Positions 20,413 through 28,900 are shown, counted from the first letter of the stretch. The stretch: 64,000 bases of DNA from Clostridia bacterium (GCA_022793875.1 JAAWDR010000028.1:23544-87543); one strand, 5' to 3'. Notes: generated by a model from the letters alone, not told the origin. Numbers and translations are program-made.

Positions 20413-20439
20413 CAATTTTAAATTTATTAAAATTGTTGA
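20409..20439 (-). terminator. 13-bp-arm AT-rich hairpin: probable terminator of the MFS gene, overlapping the -35 box (possible operator)
   Basis: tcaacaattttaa-attta-ttaaaattgttga, followed by tttttt on the minus strand, 14 nt after the MFS stop. Confidence 0.45.
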
Positions 20440-20452
20440 CACTAAAAGTTCA

Positions 20453-21730
20453 TTAAATATCAAATTCTATATCTTCTTTTTTATACTCACCTGGCTTTAA
20501 CCCAGTTCTAGTTTTCATATAACTTATCAAGGCAACTGTTACAATACCAAAAATAATACCTGATAATATTAAACTATGTGCTGTATTAGTAATTGTTAAA
20601 ATATATGAACCTAAAAATCCTATTATCATTCTAAAAAGGTTTCTACTTATTCCGTTAATAGAATATATTTTTGGAAGAATTGATGGGTTTGTAAAATTAC
20701 TTAAATACCTTGTCATTAAAATTCCAAAACTTCCTTTATTTGAATTTATTACACAATAGAATATCATTATCCATATCATTATAATATTAGGTGCCATATT
20801 ACTAATTCCAAATATTCCTGATAACAAAATCATTATAGCTGTTGTAACAGCTAATGCTGACAACGTTTTATTTCTAAACATTTTATGAAGTGCTAATTGA
20901 TATTTAGAACCAACACCTGATGCAATTCCAACTATTGCTGCTATAATTGCATTCCAAGTTGCTGATATCCCTATATCCTCTAACAAACTTGTTCTATATG
21001 TGCTAACTAAGCAAAATGTTCCCCACATAATTCCTGAATATATTATTAAACTTCTTAATCTATTTGATTTTAAAATAAATTTGAAAGAGTCTTTTAAATC
21101 TACTATATATTCACTTATTTTAAATTCATTTTTTATTTTACTTGTATTATCTATTTCTTGGAATCCTACTGATAATATGGTTGCAATTAATGCTATTATT
21201 GTTGCTCCTATAATTGGTATATACGGATTTAGTGTATATAAAAATCCTGAACATACAGCTGTGATTGCATTTATATAATAATATTTCTCATTTCCTCTTC
21301 CTTCTATTTTCGAAAAGATTTCTCCTTTAATTTTTACTTCTGGAATTGACATATTTAAAAGTGTTGTATCTGACACATCTTTTATTGAAAAACATAGTGC
21401 ACTAAAAAATTCTGCTACTATTAAGTTTTGTAGATTTGTGGCTGTCATAATTAGTACTAAATATATTACATTAAATACATTTCCTAATATTGTACTTCTT
21501 CTGGTTCCTATTTTATCAATTAATATATTTGCTGGTATTTGTAATATTACCATAAACATAGCATAAAATGATGATTTTAGTACTACGTCTGATGCTGATA
21601 TATTCTTTACTTGTGTTAAAAATAAAAATTCTATTGCATAGTAAAATAGTATATCCATTGATATTGCTCTATACATTGAATATAACTTCATGTTTTGCTT
21701 TCTTTTTTGTGTATTTACATCTGTTTTCAT
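20453..21730 (-). CDS. MFS transporter
   Basis: 425 aa, about 12 hydrophobic segments. Motif-A-like LIDKIGTRRS. Confidence 0.75.
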   Translation of the reverse strand: MKTDVNTQKRKQNMKLYSMYRAISMDILFYYAIEFLFLTQVKNISASDVVLKSSFYAMFMVILQIPANILIDKIGTRRSTILGNVFNVIYLVLIMTATNLQNLIVAEFFSALCFSIKDVSDTTLLNMSIPEVKIKGEIFSKIEGRGNEKYYYINAITAVCSGFLYTLNPYIPIIGATIIALIATILSVGFQEIDNTSKIKNEFKISEYIVDLKDSFKFILKSNRLRSLIIYSGIMWGTFCLVSTYRTSLLEDIGISATWNAIIAAIVGIASGVGSKYQLALHKMFRNKTLSALAVTTAIMILLSGIFGISNMAPNIIMIWIMIFYCVINSNKGSFGILMTRYLSNFTNPSILPKIYSINGISRNLFRMIIGFLGSYILTITNTAHSLILSGIIFGIVTVALISYMKTRTGLKPGEYKKEDIEFDI

Positions 21731-21895
21731 TTGTATCCTCCATTTTTACATATGTTATTATATAAAAATATCTTATTTCAATTTTTATTTCTTATTTTTT
21801 CATTTTATATTTTTCTAATATATTTTATCTTAAAAATAAAGAAATAGCAAGTTTTTTTGCATTTAAATTTTTTGCATTAATTGTTAGGTGGTTTA

Positions 21896-21924
21896 TTGAC
21901 TTTATGTCTACAATATTGTATAAT
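21896..21924 (+). promoter_or_regulatory. sigma-A-type promoter of the tandem-HD gene
   Basis: ttgact-17 nt-tataat, 47 nt upstream of the ATG at 21971. Confidence 0.6.
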
Positions 21925-21970
21925 ATAATCTAACCAAAAAAACTATTTGTTTTTAAGAGGAGGAAACAAT

Positions 21971-23302
21971 ATGATGACAACATTATTCTTAGGTCAAAAC
22001 GGAGTTTTATCAACTCAATGTGTAGAATACTACAACTCTATCAAAGATTATGCTAATCGGTACAGTTTAACCAATACCATTATAGCATTAAATTTGGCAG
22101 CAGAACTTCACAATGGACAATTTAGAGATACTGGATTACCTTATGTAATACATCCTTTAGAAATAACTCATTACTTGATTCTGTTAAAAGTTCGGCATGC
22201 TATTTTTGATATGAATTTGAATATTTTGCATGATGAAAATTTAGCAGAAACTCAAACTAATTTAGATCTTGACATTTTGCTTGCTTCGAGTCTATTGCAT
22301 GATACAATTGAAGATTGCAAATCTAAATTGCCTAATAAAGGTAAAGAATTTATTGATGTTTATCATCTCCATCAAGACATTTTCAAATATGTAACTATCT
22401 TAACAAAAGACAAAACTGCTCCTGGTTATACTTTAGATGGTTACTTTGAATCTATTTGTCAATATTGGCAAACACTAATTGTAAAACTTGTTGATAGAGC
22501 AAATAACTGCTCAACAATAAATGCTTTTTCAAATACTCGGATGGAAAAATATGTGAAAGAAACAAAAAAATATTTCTACTCAATGGCATCAACCTTAAAA
22601 AATTCTTTCCCCACGTTTTCTAGACAGACAACCATTCTGAAATATTTATTTGTATCAATCTGTGAAACAGTTGCATCAGCTTTAGACATTAAAGACATTA
22701 TCAGTGAAGAATCATATGATAAAACTTACTATTTTGTAAAAGGCTTAGCAATTGGTAAAGGTTCTATGCAAAATACGCTCAAAGCACTTCCACTCTCTAA
22801 AGAATACTATAAAGATTTAACTCGAAAGAGTGGTGACCCTTTTATCATTCATCCTTTAAGAGTATGTTCATATCTCATATCTTTAAAGATTGATGATGAT
22901 ATTGTCTGCTCAGCTGCATTATTGCATGAAATTATCAAAAAATGTCATTTAGAGTATAATGGTATTGAGATTGTTACTAAGTATCATTTGGACTTCTCAG
23001 TATTAGAATTAGTGAGATTGGTATCAAACAACGAGCATTATCCGCTGGATTTGTATTATGAAGCATTAAAACATAACCCTAAAGCTATGCTTTTAAAACT
23101 TTCTAATAGGGCTCATACCTGTACTACTCTAATTGATTCATCATCTGATGAAATTCGTTCTTATGTTGAAGAATGTGAAAATTTCATTTATCCTCTTTGT
23201 GATTATGGAATTGCTCACTATCCTGAATATGCTTACAGCATTCAGGTAATGTATTATCACATTTCTTCTGTCTGTAATATTGTTAAAAGTTTGCGGTCTT
23301 AA
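21971..23302 (+). CDS. tandem RelA/SpoT-type HD (small alarmone hydrolase-like) domain protein; second domain degenerate
   Basis: Domain 1 has HNGQFRDTGLPYVIHPLEI, LLHDTIEDC and KLVDRANNC. Domain 2 has RKSGDPFIIHPLRV and ALLHEIIKKC (HD replaced by HE, ED lost), plus KLSNRAHTC. Start trimmed to the ATG after AGGAGGA. Confidence 0.7.
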   Translation: MMTTLFLGQNGVLSTQCVEYYNSIKDYANRYSLTNTIIALNLAAELHNGQFRDTGLPYVIHPLEITHYLILLKVRHAIFDMNLNILHDENLAETQTNLDLDILLASSLLHDTIEDCKSKLPNKGKEFIDVYHLHQDIFKYVTILTKDKTAPGYTLDGYFESICQYWQTLIVKLVDRANNCSTINAFSNTRMEKYVKETKKYFYSMASTLKNSFPTFSRQTTILKYLFVSICETVASALDIKDIISEESYDKTYYFVKGLAIGKGSMQNTLKALPLSKEYYKDLTRKSGDPFIIHPLRVCSYLISLKIDDDIVCSAALLHEIIKKCHLEYNGIEIVTKYHLDFSVLELVRLVSNNEHYPLDLYYEALKHNPKAMLLKLSNRAHTCTTLIDSSSDEIRSYVEECENFIYPLCDYGIAHYPEYAYSIQVMYYHISSVCNIVKSLRS

Positions 23303-23322
23303 ATTTTTCTAACTCTTCTTAA

Positions 23323-23351
23323 AAAACGGCTGAATTTATTTCAGCCGTTTT
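23323..23351 (+). terminator. intrinsic terminator of the tandem-HD gene
   Basis: aaaacggctgaa-tttatt-tcagccgtttt, followed by a T-run. Confidence 0.75.
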
Positions 23352-23382
23352 TGTGCCAAAGGGGACGTGCCTTTTTGGCACA
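23352..23382. repeat. palindromic element, family A, abutting the mutS stop
   Basis: tgtgccaaaggggacgtgcctttttggcaca. Confidence 0.75.
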
Positions 23383-25989
23383 CTATTTCATTTTTTCTTT
23401 AATTCTAACTAAAGTATTTAAAGCATCAATTGGTGTTAACTCATTTAAATTAATCTTGTCAACTTCATGAGCAATTTCAGCTAATTTATAATTAAACATA
23501 TCAAATTGACCTTCAACAACCTTTTTAGTTTCTTGTTTTTTACCAGTTAAAATATTCTTTCTTTCTAAACTTTTCAATATTTCATCTGCTTTTTGAGTAA
23601 CAGTCTTTGGAACACCTGCTAAACGTGCTACATGTATACCATAGCTTTCATCTGTTCCTCCTCTTAATATTTTTCTTAAAAAGATTATATCTTCGCCCTT
23701 TTCTTTAACTGCTATATTATAATTTTTTACACCTTCAAGTTTTTCTTCAAGTTCTGTAAGTTCATGATAGTGTGTTGCAAATAATGTTTTTGCTCCACAT
23801 TTTTCTTTATCTGCAATGTATTCTGCAACTGCCCAAGCAATTGAAAGTCCATCATATGTTGATGTTCCTCTTCCTATTTCGTCTAATATTACTAAACTAT
23901 TAGATGTTGCTTCTTTTAGAATTGTTGCTACTTCCATCATTTCAACCATAAATGTACTTTGTCCCATACTTAAGTCATCAGATGCTCCAACTCTTGTGAA
24001 AATTTTATCTACAACACCAATTCTTGCTGAAACAGCTGGTACAAAGCTTCCTACTTGTGCCATTAATGTGATTATTGCTACTTGTCTCATATATGTTGAT
24101 TTACCTGCCATATTAGGTCCTGTTATTATTGATAATCTGTTTTCTTCTTTATCTAAATATGTATCATTTTCAACAAAACTTCCTGTTCCTAACATTTTTT
24201 CTATTACAGGATGTCTTCCACCTTTAATATCTATTACTCCTGTATTATCTACTGTTGGCATACAGTAATTCATATCTTCTGCAACTGTTGCAAATGATGT
24301 TAATACATCTAATGTTGATACTACATTACTTGATTTTTGTAACCTTTTTACATTTCTTGCTATTTCTTCTCTTATTTCTGTAAATGCATTATATTCTAAA
24401 TTTACAACTTTTTCTTCTGCTCCTAGAATTTGATTTTCTAAATTTTTCAAGTCTTCTGTTATAAACCTTTCTGCATTTGTTAGAGTTTGTTTTCTTATAA
24501 ATCTATCAGGAACTTGATTTAATCCTGATTTTGTAACTTCAATATAGTATCCAAATACTTTATTAAATCCAACTTTTAGGTTTTTAATTCCTGTTTTTTC
24601 TCTTTCTTCTGCCTCTAGTTTTATAATCCAATTTTTTCCTTCTGTTGTTGCTGTTTTTAATTTATCAATTTCTTCATCATATCCTAATTTTATAATTCCA
24701 CCATCTTTAATTGTCATTGGTGGGTCTTCTACTATTGATTTTTCTATCAATTCATAAATATCTTGCAATTCATCTAAATTTTCATATAAATCTTTTAACA
24801 TATCTGTTTTACATTCAGAAAGAACCTTTTTTAATTCTGGTAATTTAGAAAGAGAATTCTTTAGTGTTATCATATCTCTTGCATTTGCATTACCATAAGC
24901 CATTTTACCTGCTAAACGTTCAATATCATATACTTTTTTTAGATTTTCTACTATATCCCCTCTTAAAATAACTTCATCTTTTAATTCTTGTACTGAATTT
25001 AATCTTCTATTAATTTCTAAAGTATCAATAAGTGGGTCATTTAGCCATCTTCTTAAAGCTCTTCCTCCCATTGATGTTGATGTTTTATCTAATACCCATA
25101 AAAGTGTTCCTTTTTTAGACTTATCTCTCATCTTCTCTGTGATTTCAAGGTTTCTTCTTGCATTTATATCAAGTGACATATATTTTGAAATATTGTATAC
25201 TACAATTTTGTTAATATGGTCTAGTGTAGTCATTTGAGTTTGTTCAATATATTCAATTAAAGCATTTATTGATGATATTGCTAAATTTTTATTCTCAATA
25301 TTTTCTATTTCTTTTTGATTATTATCAACAAAACTAAATCTATATTTTATTTTCTCTACATCATCTGCAAAAAATTTATCATTAAATCTTGTTATATATG
25401 CTTCAAATCTTTCTCTTATTTTAGCCATTTCTTCTGTGCAATCTGCCATCATACTATTTATTACTAACTCTGATGGCATATATCTTGCAATTTCATCTAA
25501 AACTAATGGAAAGTTTTGATTATCCTTTATTTCAGCTGAATAAAATTCTCCTGTTGAAATGTCACATACACTTATTCCAAAATATATTCCAGATTTAAAA
25601 ATTGACATTATAAAATTATTTTTTCTTTCTTCTAGCATATTACTTTCAACTAGAGTCCCTGGTGTTACCACTCTTATAACACCTCTTTTTACTATTCCTT
25701 TAGTTTCTTTTGGGTCTTCTAATTGTTCACATATTGCCACTTTATATCCTTTTGCAATCAATCTTGAAACATACATTTCTGCTGCATGATGTGGTATTCC
25801 ACACATTGGAGCTCTTTCTGCTTGTCCGCAGTCTTTTCCTGTTAATGTAAGTTCTAGCTCTCTTGATGCTGTTATTGCATCATCAAAGAACATTTCATAA
25901 AAGTCGCCTAATCTATAAAATAGTATGCAATCTTTATATTGTTCTTTTGTTTCAAGATATTTTTGCATCATTGGTGAAAATTCTGCCAT
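23383..25989 (-). CDS. mutS: DNA mismatch repair protein MutS
   Basis: 868 aa. The N-terminus reads MMQKYLETKEQYKDCILFYRLGDFYEMFFDDA. Walker A is GPNMAGKST, and STFMVEM is present. Confidence 0.95.
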   Translation of the reverse strand: MAEFSPMMQKYLETKEQYKDCILFYRLGDFYEMFFDDAITASRELELTLTGKDCGQAERAPMCGIPHHAAEMYVSRLIAKGYKVAICEQLEDPKETKGIVKRGVIRVVTPGTLVESNMLEERKNNFIMSIFKSGIYFGISVCDISTGEFYSAEIKDNQNFPLVLDEIARYMPSELVINSMMADCTEEMAKIRERFEAYITRFNDKFFADDVEKIKYRFSFVDNNQKEIENIENKNLAISSINALIEYIEQTQMTTLDHINKIVVYNISKYMSLDINARRNLEITEKMRDKSKKGTLLWVLDKTSTSMGGRALRRWLNDPLIDTLEINRRLNSVQELKDEVILRGDIVENLKKVYDIERLAGKMAYGNANARDMITLKNSLSKLPELKKVLSECKTDMLKDLYENLDELQDIYELIEKSIVEDPPMTIKDGGIIKLGYDEEIDKLKTATTEGKNWIIKLEAEEREKTGIKNLKVGFNKVFGYYIEVTKSGLNQVPDRFIRKQTLTNAERFITEDLKNLENQILGAEEKVVNLEYNAFTEIREEIARNVKRLQKSSNVVSTLDVLTSFATVAEDMNYCMPTVDNTGVIDIKGGRHPVIEKMLGTGSFVENDTYLDKEENRLSIITGPNMAGKSTYMRQVAIITLMAQVGSFVPAVSARIGVVDKIFTRVGASDDLSMGQSTFMVEMMEVATILKEATSNSLVILDEIGRGTSTYDGLSIAWAVAEYIADKEKCGAKTLFATHYHELTELEEKLEGVKNYNIAVKEKGEDIIFLRKILRGGTDESYGIHVARLAGVPKTVTQKADEILKSLERKNILTGKKQETKKVVEGQFDMFNYKLAEIAHEVDKINLNELTPIDALNTLVRIKEKMK

Positions 25990-26007
25990 TCTTTACCTCC
26001 TTAAAAT

Positions 26008-26038
26008 TGTGACAAAAGGGGCGTCCCTTTTTGTCACA
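26008..26038. repeat. palindromic element, family A
   Basis: tgtgacaaaaggggcgtccctttttgtcaca, between the HD gene stop and the mutS start. Confidence 0.8.
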
Positions 26039-26073
26039 TTTTTTAATTTATCTTTCTTCTTTATCATTCAACA

Positions 26074-26619
26074 TTACTGGAGTACACCCTGCTTTTCTAA
26101 TTTCCCTAATACTCTGTCTAATCTTTCTATTCTTTCTTCTATATGTTCTGGATGATGTGCATAAGCATCACAATATTGAATATATAATAATTTTTTTGTT
26201 AATTCCAAATTATTTTCATTCACTTTATTTATATCTATTAATGTATTATGATTATTTATTAAATAACACAAGTCCTCTACTTCTTTATCAGAATATCCTA
26301 ATCTTTGTAAAATTTGTTTTGATATTTCTGCTGATTTCTGAGGATGCCCTCTAAAATGTCTTATATCTCCATCTTCTTGATATGAATATGGTTTTCCTAT
26401 ATCATGTAATAATAGTGCTATTCGTATTTGCAAATCTGGCTTACTTCTTTTTAATGCTTCCATAGTATGATCCCATACATTAAAACAATGATGTGGATGT
26501 TTTTGGTCAAACCCATCTTCTGCTTTTAATTCTGGAATTATTTTAAATACTTTTTCTTTATTAGCATCTATTTTAAAATATTTTGAAAGTAATAAATTTT
26601 CTAAAATTTCTCTCTCCAC
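26074..26619 (-). CDS. HD-domain phosphohydrolase
   Basis: 181 aa with HHCFNVWDHT and LLLHDIGKP (HD motif). Confidence 0.7.
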   Translation of the reverse strand: MEREILENLLLSKYFKIDANKEKVFKIIPELKAEDGFDQKHPHHCFNVWDHTMEALKRSKPDLQIRIALLLHDIGKPYSYQEDGDIRHFRGHPQKSAEISKQILQRLGYSDKEVEDLCYLINNHNTLIDINKVNENNLELTKKLLYIQYCDAYAHHPEHIEERIERLDRVLGKLEKQGVLQ

Positions 26620-26636
26620 TTTTTTGTTTACCTCAT

Positions 26637-26667
26637 TGTGACAAAAAAGAACGCCTCTCTTGTCACA
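26637..26667. repeat. palindromic element, family A, overlapping the miaB stop codon
   Basis: tgtgacaaaaaagaacgcctctcttgtcaca. The miaB ...atg tga lies inside the right arm. Confidence 0.7.
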
Positions 26668-28091
26668 TCTTTCCTTTCAAATACCACATATGTTCAGATA
26701 CTATTTTTAAGTCTACCATATTTCCAATCAAACTTTTATCGCCTTCAAAAATAACAACTTTATTGCTATCTGTTCTACCTGTAAGCATCTGTTCATTATT
26801 TTTGCTAGTTCCTTCTACTAATACTTTCTCTATTATTCCAATATATTTTTGATTATTTTCTTCAATTTGACTTTCTACTAATGCCTTTAATTTGTCAAAT
26901 CTTTTATGTTTTATTTCTTCTGGAACTTGATTTTCCATTCTATCCCCTGGTGTTCCTACTCTTCTTGAATATATAAACATATATACTTGTTCAAATTTTA
27001 CTTTTTCTACAACATCTAAAGTGTCTTCAAATTCTTCATCAGTTTCTCCTGGAAATCCTACTATTATATCTGTTGATAATGTTAAATTTGGTATTTTAGT
27101 TTTCATTTTTTTTACTAATTCTAAGTATTGTTCTTTTGTATATTTTCTGTTCATTTCTTTTAGGATTTTTGTGTTTCCTGATTGTAATGGTAAATGTACT
27201 AATTTACACACTTTATCACATTCTGCTATTGCTTCTATTACATCATCTGTAAAATCTTTTGGATGTGGTGATACAAATCTTATTCTTTCTATTCCTTCTA
27301 TTTTGTTTATTTCTTTTAATAATGTTGCAAATGAATCCACTCCTTCATATTGTTCAAATTCTATGCCTTTTTCACGTTCTACTCTTAAATATGAATTTAC
27401 ATTTTGACCGAAGTAATGTAACTTCTTTATATCCTTGTTTTGCTATTTCTTGTACTTCTTCTATTATTGCTCTTGGTTCTCTGCTTCTTTCTCTTCCTCT
27501 AACATATGGAACTATGCAATAACTACAAAAATTATTGCATCCATTCATTATTGTTACTGATGCTTTTATATTACTATCTCTTTTTATTGGTAAGTCTTCA
27601 TATATTTTTCCATCTATATCTAATATATCTTCTTGTCTTTTTCTCTCTTTTATCGCTTTATATAAATCTTCTGGAAGTTTGTGTAATGTATGTGTTCCAA
27701 ATATTATATCTGTATATGGATAACTCATTTTTATTTTATCTGTGATATGTTTTTCTTGCATCATACATCCACCGATTGCAATTATTGTTCCTTTTTGTTC
27801 TTTTAATTTTTTTAGTTCTCCTAATTTTCCAAACAATTTATCTTCTGCATTTTCTCTTACACAACATGTATTAAAAATTGCTAAATCTATTTCATTTTGA
27901 TTTTCTGTTTTTGTGTACCCCATTTCTTCTAACATTCCACATATTTTTTCTGAATCATTTTCATTTAATTGGCATCCCATTGTTAGTATACTATACTTTT
28001 GTTTTTTGTTTTGATTTATTTCTTTTACTTTATTTATGTATTCTTTTTGCTCTTCTATTTCTTTTTTTGTTTCCAATTTATTTTCCTCCAA
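26663..28091 (-). CDS. miaB: tRNA-2-methylthio-N6-dimethylallyladenosine synthase MiaB, split as written by one extra C
   Basis: ORF 27372..28091 (CQLNENDSE, GCNNFCSYCIVPYVRG) and ORF 26663..27340 together make one gene. The gene strand reads gtt aca tta ctt C ggt caa aat gta aat tca tat. Without the C (plus-strand G at 27410) this is EVTLLGQNVNSYLRVEREKGIEFEQYEGVDSFATLL... Confidence 0.9.
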
Positions 28092-28167
28092 TATGCGTAT
28101 ATTCTATAATATTTTGACATATTTTGCAAGATTTTTAAAAATTTTTTAAAAATTTTTAAATTTTATG

Positions 28168-28196
28168 TTGACATTACATAAAATACATGCTATAAT
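28168..28196 (+). promoter_or_regulatory. consensus sigma-A promoter driving the noncoding locus
   Basis: ttgaca-17 nt-tataat, preceded by an A/T-tract region (possible UP element). Confidence 0.7.
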
Positions 28197-28202
28197 AGCA
28201 TT

Positions 28203-28888
28203 ATGTTCACACAAAGAAATACTAAGAATCGAACAAATAACACAAGGAGGTATCTGACGTATGATTCGTGGTAGGCCTGTAGTAACATTTTATAGTACAT
28301 TCATAAAAATCATCTGATCCGGCGGCAGTAGCCAGGAGGTAGCCCCTATGAGGAGACGGTTTCCATCAGGTTTCGTTTAGATACGAAATCTAATTTTAGT
28401 AACTGTTAACATGCACAGGTATATCCTTGGCATAAGTCAGGCGCAGATTGCGCTAGGAGGTATCCCATGAGGGAACGGTATTTTTCAGGTTTCGTTTAAG
28501 TACGAAATCTATCAATGATTGCGAGGCTGGCCAGGATGACCGCCTCTCCCACATTTAGCTGAAATACAGCCCCGCACCCCTATATCTTTGTATGGGCTCG
28601 GCGGAGTTTGTAACAGCACCTCTATATATTTACCTATTTTGTTTGGCGGCACACAGTCAACCAGCACTACGGGTTTAGCTCGCATAAGCGACACCCCGTA
28701 TGTATCGCGAGAAAAGCTTAGCGCCATTACCATGTAATGTAAATCTGGATGGAGCTCGCTTAAGTCGCAGGGAGAATCAAAAATGAACCGGTACAAGTAT
28801 GTTTATTATTCAGGTTTTACCTAGTGTTGAATTTTAATTCAGCCTAAAGTATTTAAGCCGACCCCCAAGATTGGGAGCCGGCTTTTTC
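28203..28888 (+). ncRNA. unclassified large structured RNA locus (about 690 nt) with three AGGAGGTA modules and a GC-rich 3' domain
   Basis: It lies between a consensus promoter and an intrinsic terminator (28856-28888: aagccgaccccc-aaga-ttgggagccggct plus ttttt). GC is locally about 45-50% against a ~28% background. There are many short helices, and the only long ORF (minus strand, 94 aa) has no SD. The strand call rests on the promoter and terminator only. Confidence 0.6.
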
Positions 28889-28900
28889 TATTTTATTTTA

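Noticed and set aside
28512-28796. 94-aa minus-strand ORF inside the GC-rich noncoding locus.
   Set aside because: It has a TTG start with no SD, a Pro/Gly/Arg-rich unfamiliar sequence, and lies in a region bracketed by a plus-strand promoter and terminator. It is most likely a by-product of the high GC content.
28203-28888. Known RNAs for the 28.2-28.9 kb locus: RNase P RNA, tmRNA, SRP/4.5S RNA, group II intron domain V and the c-di-AMP (ydaO) riboswitch.
   Set aside because: - No GAGGAAAGTCC/ACAGAA RNase P boxes.
- No tmRNA tag frame or CCACCA-type 3' end.
- No SRP GGAA/AGCA domain-IV motif.
- No AGC-triad domain-V hairpin.
- On the minus strand, gagctaaacccgtag and ggggtg faintly resemble ydaO boxes, but order, spacing and size do not fit.

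Only a covariance-model search can settle this.
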